Part shown: positions 35,096 through 40,395 of the stretch, piece by piece
Layout of the letters: each line of letters begins with the position of its first letter
Numbering within the stretch: the stretch's first letter is position 1
Source: Octopus bimaculoides
Lineage: Eukaryota
Assembly (NCBI RefSeq): GCF_001194135.2
Contig: NC_068990.1
Span: forward strand, 40,914,943 to 40,955,337
Length of the DNA: 40,395 bases
Direction of reading: 5' to 3'
Program-made: the position numbers and the translations under genes
Notes under the pieces: generated by a model
Databases searched by the model: none
The model's input: the letters and a program-made list of their open reading frames with translations, nothing else
What the model was told of the DNA's origin: nothing

Positions 35096-35983
35096 GCGAA
35101 AATATGGTTGTAAGTGGGAGATGGAATATGTCTGAGAGTAACTTTATGCCAGTCAATCGGATAGCCTTTTCAGGATTATTCATAGACGAGGTTAGAAAAC
35201 ATACTAGAAAAGAAATGAAAGAAAGGAAGGTGAGAGATAAATTAAGGTTTGAAACAAAGATATTCACTTGTTTCGAAATGTAGCAGAGTTTACAAAGTAT
35301 ATTGATATCGCATAAATTATATAAAATACTGACTGGGATTAATCATAAATTTAAGCAAAGAAATAATAACAATTGTTGAAATAGCACCTCACTTTCAAAT
35401 TTACTATAGCGACAAAAATGTTTTATTAAAGTAGATATAAGGCGTATTTATCTATACAAAACACACAAGCTGACGCACACGTACATAATCATGTGTGTGT
35501 ATGTGTGTGTGTGTATGCGCGCGTGTATTTATGTGTGCGTGTGCGTATATAATAGAAAGAGAAAGAGGGGAAAAACCCAGCTGTGTATAAGAAAGCAATA
35601 ATCTGGAACATGTCTTAAGCAATAGGTAATATATGAAAAGCAAGAAACGGTGTGGATTAGAGTAAAATATTTCAAATAGTCACTGAAAACATTCAACGAT
35701 TTCTAAAAACGTACGCGCGCGCGCACACATGTTAGCATTCAGGCGTGTTTGTGTTAGTGTGTTTGTATGTGTGTATTCGTTTTATAAGTGTGTTTATGTG
35801 TGGGATTATGCATGTATATACAGACATCTCAAAAGCAGAAAGCAACCCTAATTATACCATTTTATCTCTGTGGACACTAACTGATGCTTTAAACGTATTA
35901 ATGTTTTTTTTTTTTTTTTCAGATTACAGCTTACGAATGAATTATAGTTAGTAACCATGCTACGAACACCAGATGCAAAATAG

Positions 35984-36256
35984 TTGTCTGATTTTGTGTG
36001 TCAATGCGAGCGTAAGATTACACAAAACCTTGAGATACTTCTTGCCATAGTCAACAGAATGATTGCAAAATTCAGTAGCAAAGCAAAGCTATCAACAGCC
36101 TCCCGATCAGGTCAACCTGAAACCTCTGGCAATGGACTGCGGGCTGTCAGGCAGATTGTTGAAAATAATCCTCGTTGTAAGGCAGCCGATGTGGGCGAGA
36201 ACCTCCAAATGAGTCGGAGTACATCTGTTAAGGATCTCTGTCAACTGGGTTACTGA
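35984..36256 (+). mobile_element. Tc1-like transposase remnant (HTH region)
   Basis: IVNRMIAKFSSKAKLSTASRSGQPETS...LRAVRQIVENNPRCKAADVGENLQMSRSTSVKDLCQLGY follows the Tc1 pattern V.RII.KF.....V....RSGRP......R.L.R.V..NPR.....L...L..S.STV.R.L..LG. Confidence 0.78.
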
Positions 36257-36308
36257 AATAATACATTAACAAGTTTGATACATTAAGTAGACTCCACCCA
36301 GATAAAAC

Positions 36309-36347
36309 GATATAATGAGGGTGTCTTTTGGACACCCTCATTATATC
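36309..36347. repeat. Perfect 17-bp inverted repeat with a 5-nt loop
   Basis: GATATAATGAGGGTGTC-TTTTG-GACACCCTCATTATATC. Confidence 0.97.
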
Positions 36348-36391
36348 ATTTACTTTTGGAGTGTGCGTGCATTTCTCTATGTACAGGCACG

Positions 36392-36713
36392 GGTGAAGGC
36401 CTGTGGCTTAGTGGTTAGGGTATGTGGCCCACGATCGTAAGGTCGTGAGTTCTATTCCTTGCGGTGCATTGTGTCTTTGAGCAAGACACTTTACTTCACG
36501 TTGCTCCAGTTCTCTCAGTTGGCAAAAATGAGCAACTTGTATTTCAAAGGGCCAACCTTGTCACATTCTGTAAGACGCTGAATCTGCTCGAGAACTACGT
36601 GAAGGGCACGCGTGACTATGGGGTGATTCAACCACTTGAACGCTAATTTCATAAGCAAGCTGTTCCGTTGATCAGCTCAGCTGGAATCACCGTCATCGTA
36701 AACGACGGAGTAC
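36392..36713 (+). mobile_element. Family D SINE: tRNA-like head, CORE-like segment, 3' body shared with family A
   Basis: TGGCTTAGTGGTTAGG...GAGTTCTATTCC; GTGTCTTTGAGCAAGACACTTTAC; shared body from TCAAAGGGCC to GACGGAGTACC. Confidence 0.87.
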
Positions 36714-36942
36714 CGTCTGAGTGAGAGTGTGTGTTTGTGTATAAACTCATACATAGTTGAAATGTTTATAGAAAATACTATGGTTACGGAAATTTTGGTG
36801 TATATGTGTGTATAAGAGAGAGAAAGGGAGGGGGAGTGAGTATGTATAGATATCTTATCATGTTACAGGAGCGAACTGAGATATAGGATGTTCCACAAGA
36901 TATAGTGATGAAGTGATTATCACCTTTTATCCACTTACAAAG

Positions 36943-37034
36943 ATGTTAATCCGGAACTTAAATCTGGCTTACGTTTATCGTACTTACTAACTGGAAGCAG
37001 TAGATATTATGGTCTTAGACACTTGTCAGTGAAT
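36943..37034 (+). CDS. Candidate internal exon (x)VNPELKSGLRLSYLLTGSSRYYGLRHLSVN (unvalidated)
   Basis: CCTTTTATCCACTTACAAAG acceptor, only one open frame, AAT|GTAAGT donor. Confidence 0.17.
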
Positions 37035-37303
37035 GTAAGTATGCAGCTTCACGCATAAACATACATACAGTCAGAGTGATTAGCCTTTAAATGATACATA
37101 AACCTTTTACATTGTAGAACAAATTTTTTTTATATACTTTTAATACCAACTTTAGTATTTTGCCGTAAATATCTTTTGAAATGTGTGTGTGTGTGTGTGT
37201 GTGTGAGTATGCGTACGATAATTTTGATCTCCAACTTAACGCGGAGTCTGTGTTAGAACACAATATACTGTGTCGTTTAGTTTTAGAGGATCTGTCATAA
37301 GGA

Positions 37304-37394
37304 CACGTGGTGCATATAAGCACTTGTAATTATATGGTTGACAGCAGGGTGAAATCACGTGATCTGTCGCCAGCACTGGCCGATCACGTGATTT
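37304..37394. promoter_or_regulatory. Cluster of three CACGTG E-boxes, two within a 13-bp inverted repeat
   Basis: CACGTG at 37304, 37356 and 37385; AAATCACGTGATC (37352-37364) and GATCACGTGATTT (37382-37394). Motifs are seen directly; function is inferred. Confidence 0.35.
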
Positions 37395-37659
37395 AACCAT
37401 GCTGTGGGTTCCTCAGTGGCAGATTTCCAGTAATGCAATAACAGCCAAATCTCCCCTCAGTGATATATAGAATCTCAGTGTCTATTCTGGCATTGGTGTT
37501 TGAGGCATCTAGTGGGCTTATCAAAAATTAATTAATTGCGACAGAAGCAGTATTAACACCACAAGGTAATCTTAATCTCAGGCTTAAAGTGAAGGTTATT
37601 TCCATATCAACTTGGAGTTAAAGATTAATTTTTTTTATTATTAATATTTTATATAAATA

Positions 37660-37801
37660 TTCAAATTCCACTGAGGTCGACTTAGCCATTCATCTTTTGA
37701 AGGTTGATAAAATAAGTACCAGTTGATAAGTGGGTGCAATATGATCGAATTACCACCTCCTCCGAAATTTCTGCCCTTTGTCCCAAAATTTGAAATCAAT
37801 A
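37660..37801 (+). mobile_element. Family B, 5'-truncated
   Basis: TTCAAATTCCACTGAGGTCGAC...GATAAAATAAGTACCAG...CCAAAATTTGAAATCAATAT. Confidence 0.85.
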
Positions 37802-38204
37802 TATTATATTAATTAATACAAAGTACCAGTATACGAACGTGAAATGAACGGAAAAGTTGTCATCTTCATGCTCTTTTCTAGAGTTTTACTGAACATTGTA
37901 TGGTAGAACTGTTCATATACAGCAGGATTCAATATTCTAAATTCATACAATTTTGTTAAACTGTTTGTTGTATTTGCGTTAAAATTTTCTCCTGTACTTC
38001 TCTAAAGCAACTTTTAAAATAATAATGAATTTAAGTTCCCCTGTGCAAGAGCTGATGTGTATATATTTCAAATGTCTTCCCTAATTATTCGGTGATGTAG
38101 TGTGAAACAATCACAACCTCACTGGTTAGATAAGATATTTTCTATTCATTTAGATTAGAGATTCGTTATTTCCTCTTTCCACTTCTGGTTTATTGTTATT
38201 AGTT

Positions 38205-38590
38205 ATGTTTTTATTATATTTAGTAGGTACACTATTTTACAGTATCTTTTTAATATAGTTTTATTATATGTAGTTAATATGTTTTATTTTAACTAGTTAG
38301 TGTACAATTCTATTATGTCTAATTAATGTTTTACTATATCTAGTGAATAAAATATTTTATATCAAGCTTAACATAACGTTTATTATATCTTTTTAATATA
38401 ATATTTTATTATATCTAGTAAACAATTTTTTAATGTCATCTGGTTAATATATTTTATCATATCTAGTTAGCATATAGTTATATCATATAGGGCTTGCATT
38501 TTGTTTTATAGTTAGTTAACATCCATTTAATATAATGTTTTATTACATCCAGTTAATATTTCATTTTATTATATCTAGTTTGTATAATCG
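38205..38590. repeat. Degenerate ~25-bp AT-rich minisatellite, about 15 units
   Basis: Recurrent TTTTATTATATCTAGTTAATAT-like unit. Confidence 0.75.
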
Positions 38591-39385
38591 GTAGCTCTGT
38601 TGTGGACAGCTATATCTAGTAAGGCGATATATTGGCAAAGACGTTAGGATTGCTAAAATGAATGTTTTGTTGTGATTCTCTTCACTCTTAGTTCAAATCT
38701 TGCCAAGGTCATCTTTGCCTTCCTTCTCTTTGGCATTGAAAAATGAATTATCAGTCAAATACTAGAATAATGTTTTATTCTTTCACTTTCTTGAATGGAC
38801 TGTGTTGAAGACTCAAGAAAACAGTGTTCATATTGGGGTCTTACTAATTTCTTTCATCGCAAACTAAGGAAGAAGGAAGAAATTTTCTTGTTACTGTTGC
38901 ATTTTATTAAGAAATATACAGCGTAGATCTGTCTTGATTTAGTAGGTTTCTGATGACAAGGATGGTAGCCGACCAAACTGCTTTCAGCAATCCACATGTT
39001 CAAATCTTTGGAAAAAAATAGCCCAATCCATTACTGGCTTTAAAAAATAAGTTAGATAATCCTAAACACTCTGCTATATATAAGGCAAACGAGATGATAT
39101 TACTGCAAAAGATCTTCGGTCTTAAGACTTGTGGATCAGGGCTCATTATTCATCAGTAGATTATCGCTGTTTCTACTTTTGTGTCGGAACAAAAATAATT
39201 TTTTCTGGGAATGAACATAGCTGAATTGACCTCAGTACGTCACTGATATTACGTTGGAATAACAAAAGGGCAAAACTAAATACTGTAGTGTGTCATATGA
39301 ATCTATTGCGTTGTTGTTAAGGAAGAATTTACAACTATATATCGAAGGTAAAATATATGTTTAGTAAATATGTTTTGAAAACATT

Positions 39386-39791
39386 GTGGCTGTGTGGTAA
39401 GTAGCTTGCTTACCAACCACATGGTTCCGGGTTCAGTCCCACTGCGTGGCACCTTGGGCAAGTGTTTCTACTATAGCCTCGGACCAACCAAAGCCTTATC
39501 AGTGGATTTGGTAGACGGAAACTGAAACAAGCCCGTAGTATATATGTATATATATGTGTGTGTGTGTGTGTATGTTTGTGTGTCTGTGTTTGTCCCTCTA
39601 GCATTGCTTGACAACCGATGCTGGTGTGTTTATGTCCCCGTCACTTAGCGGCTCGGCAAAATACACCGATAGAATAAGTACTAGGCTTACAAAGAGTAAG
39701 TCCCGGGGTCGATTAGCTCTAGTGAAGGCGGTGCTCCAGCATGGCCGCAGTCAAATGACTAAAACAAGTAAAAGAGTAAAAAAAAAGAGTA
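39386..39791 (+). mobile_element. Family C SINE, near full length, with short internal (TA)n(TG)n
   Basis: A box TGGCTGTGTGGT, B box GGGTTCAGTCCC, CORE-like GGCACCTTGGGCAAGTG, tail GTAAAAGAGTAAA. Confidence 0.92.
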
Positions 39792-40350
39792 TACACTAAA
39801 TGTGCATCATGCCATGCACGAAGCGAAGTCATATTTGATCAAATAAAATATATATATGAAATAAACCAAACCAGCTTCTTAAAACATCATATTGTATTAT
39901 TACAAAAATTACATAGAATTCGATGAAACAGCTCTTGTATGGTTAAAATGTAAATAAAAATTCAGCTTAATTAGCATGACACACAATCCGTAAAAACATT
40001 GATTGCATAGAGTAAATACTTGGCATTATATATTTAACAATCTGGAACTTCCTTGAAAGAGACTTCCGTAGATCAGTACAAACAACTGAAAGCAGAAAAC
40101 GGTGTTTAATTTGTATTGATGAATAATTTTATCTATAAGGGAATCATTGAATGCTCTACATATTGGATTAACAGCTCTTAAATCATTACACATGATTGTA
40201 TGTGTCTGTAAATGTAGTTAATAACTCTGATATTCTGGGAACCTTATCTTCGAGAAACGAACATACTATTCAAAGCGTGTAATGACTCATATCAACCAAC
40301 TTAACAGCGCTAGTTAATCTTGCCTCTTGCGTTAGGTATATTGTTATATT

Positions 40351-40352
<2 letters not shown>

Positions 40353-40395
<43 letters not shown>
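40353..40395. repeat. (TA)n microsatellite (also at 1-32)
   Basis: Direct reading. Confidence 0.97.

Overview
Eukaryotic, AT-rich, repeat-dense non-coding DNA with five large and five 10-N assembly gaps. The SINE types and the (TA)n/(CA)n/(TACA)n/(TATC)n load suggest an octopod cephalopod (inference, not a database match). I can support no complete protein-coding gene, tRNA/rRNA gene or CRISPR array, and almost all supplied ORFs are microsatellite, N-run or SINE artefacts. Well supported: four tRNA-derived SINE families (my labels A-D) that share modules, an unclassified repeat family E, two mariner remnants and one Tc1 transposase remnant, a decayed LINE reverse-transcriptase fragment, a possible hAT MITE, many microsatellites and a ~25-bp minisatellite. 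The best leads are a textbook-looking 6-nt microexon candidate (28484-28489) plus other weak + strand exon candidates, a SINE carrying an internal microsatellite at a fixed site, SINE module swapping, a hairpin bearing a paired E-box, and a perfect 17-bp palindrome next to the Tc1 remnant. All exon calls are unvalidated. Coordinates of degraded repeats are approximate.
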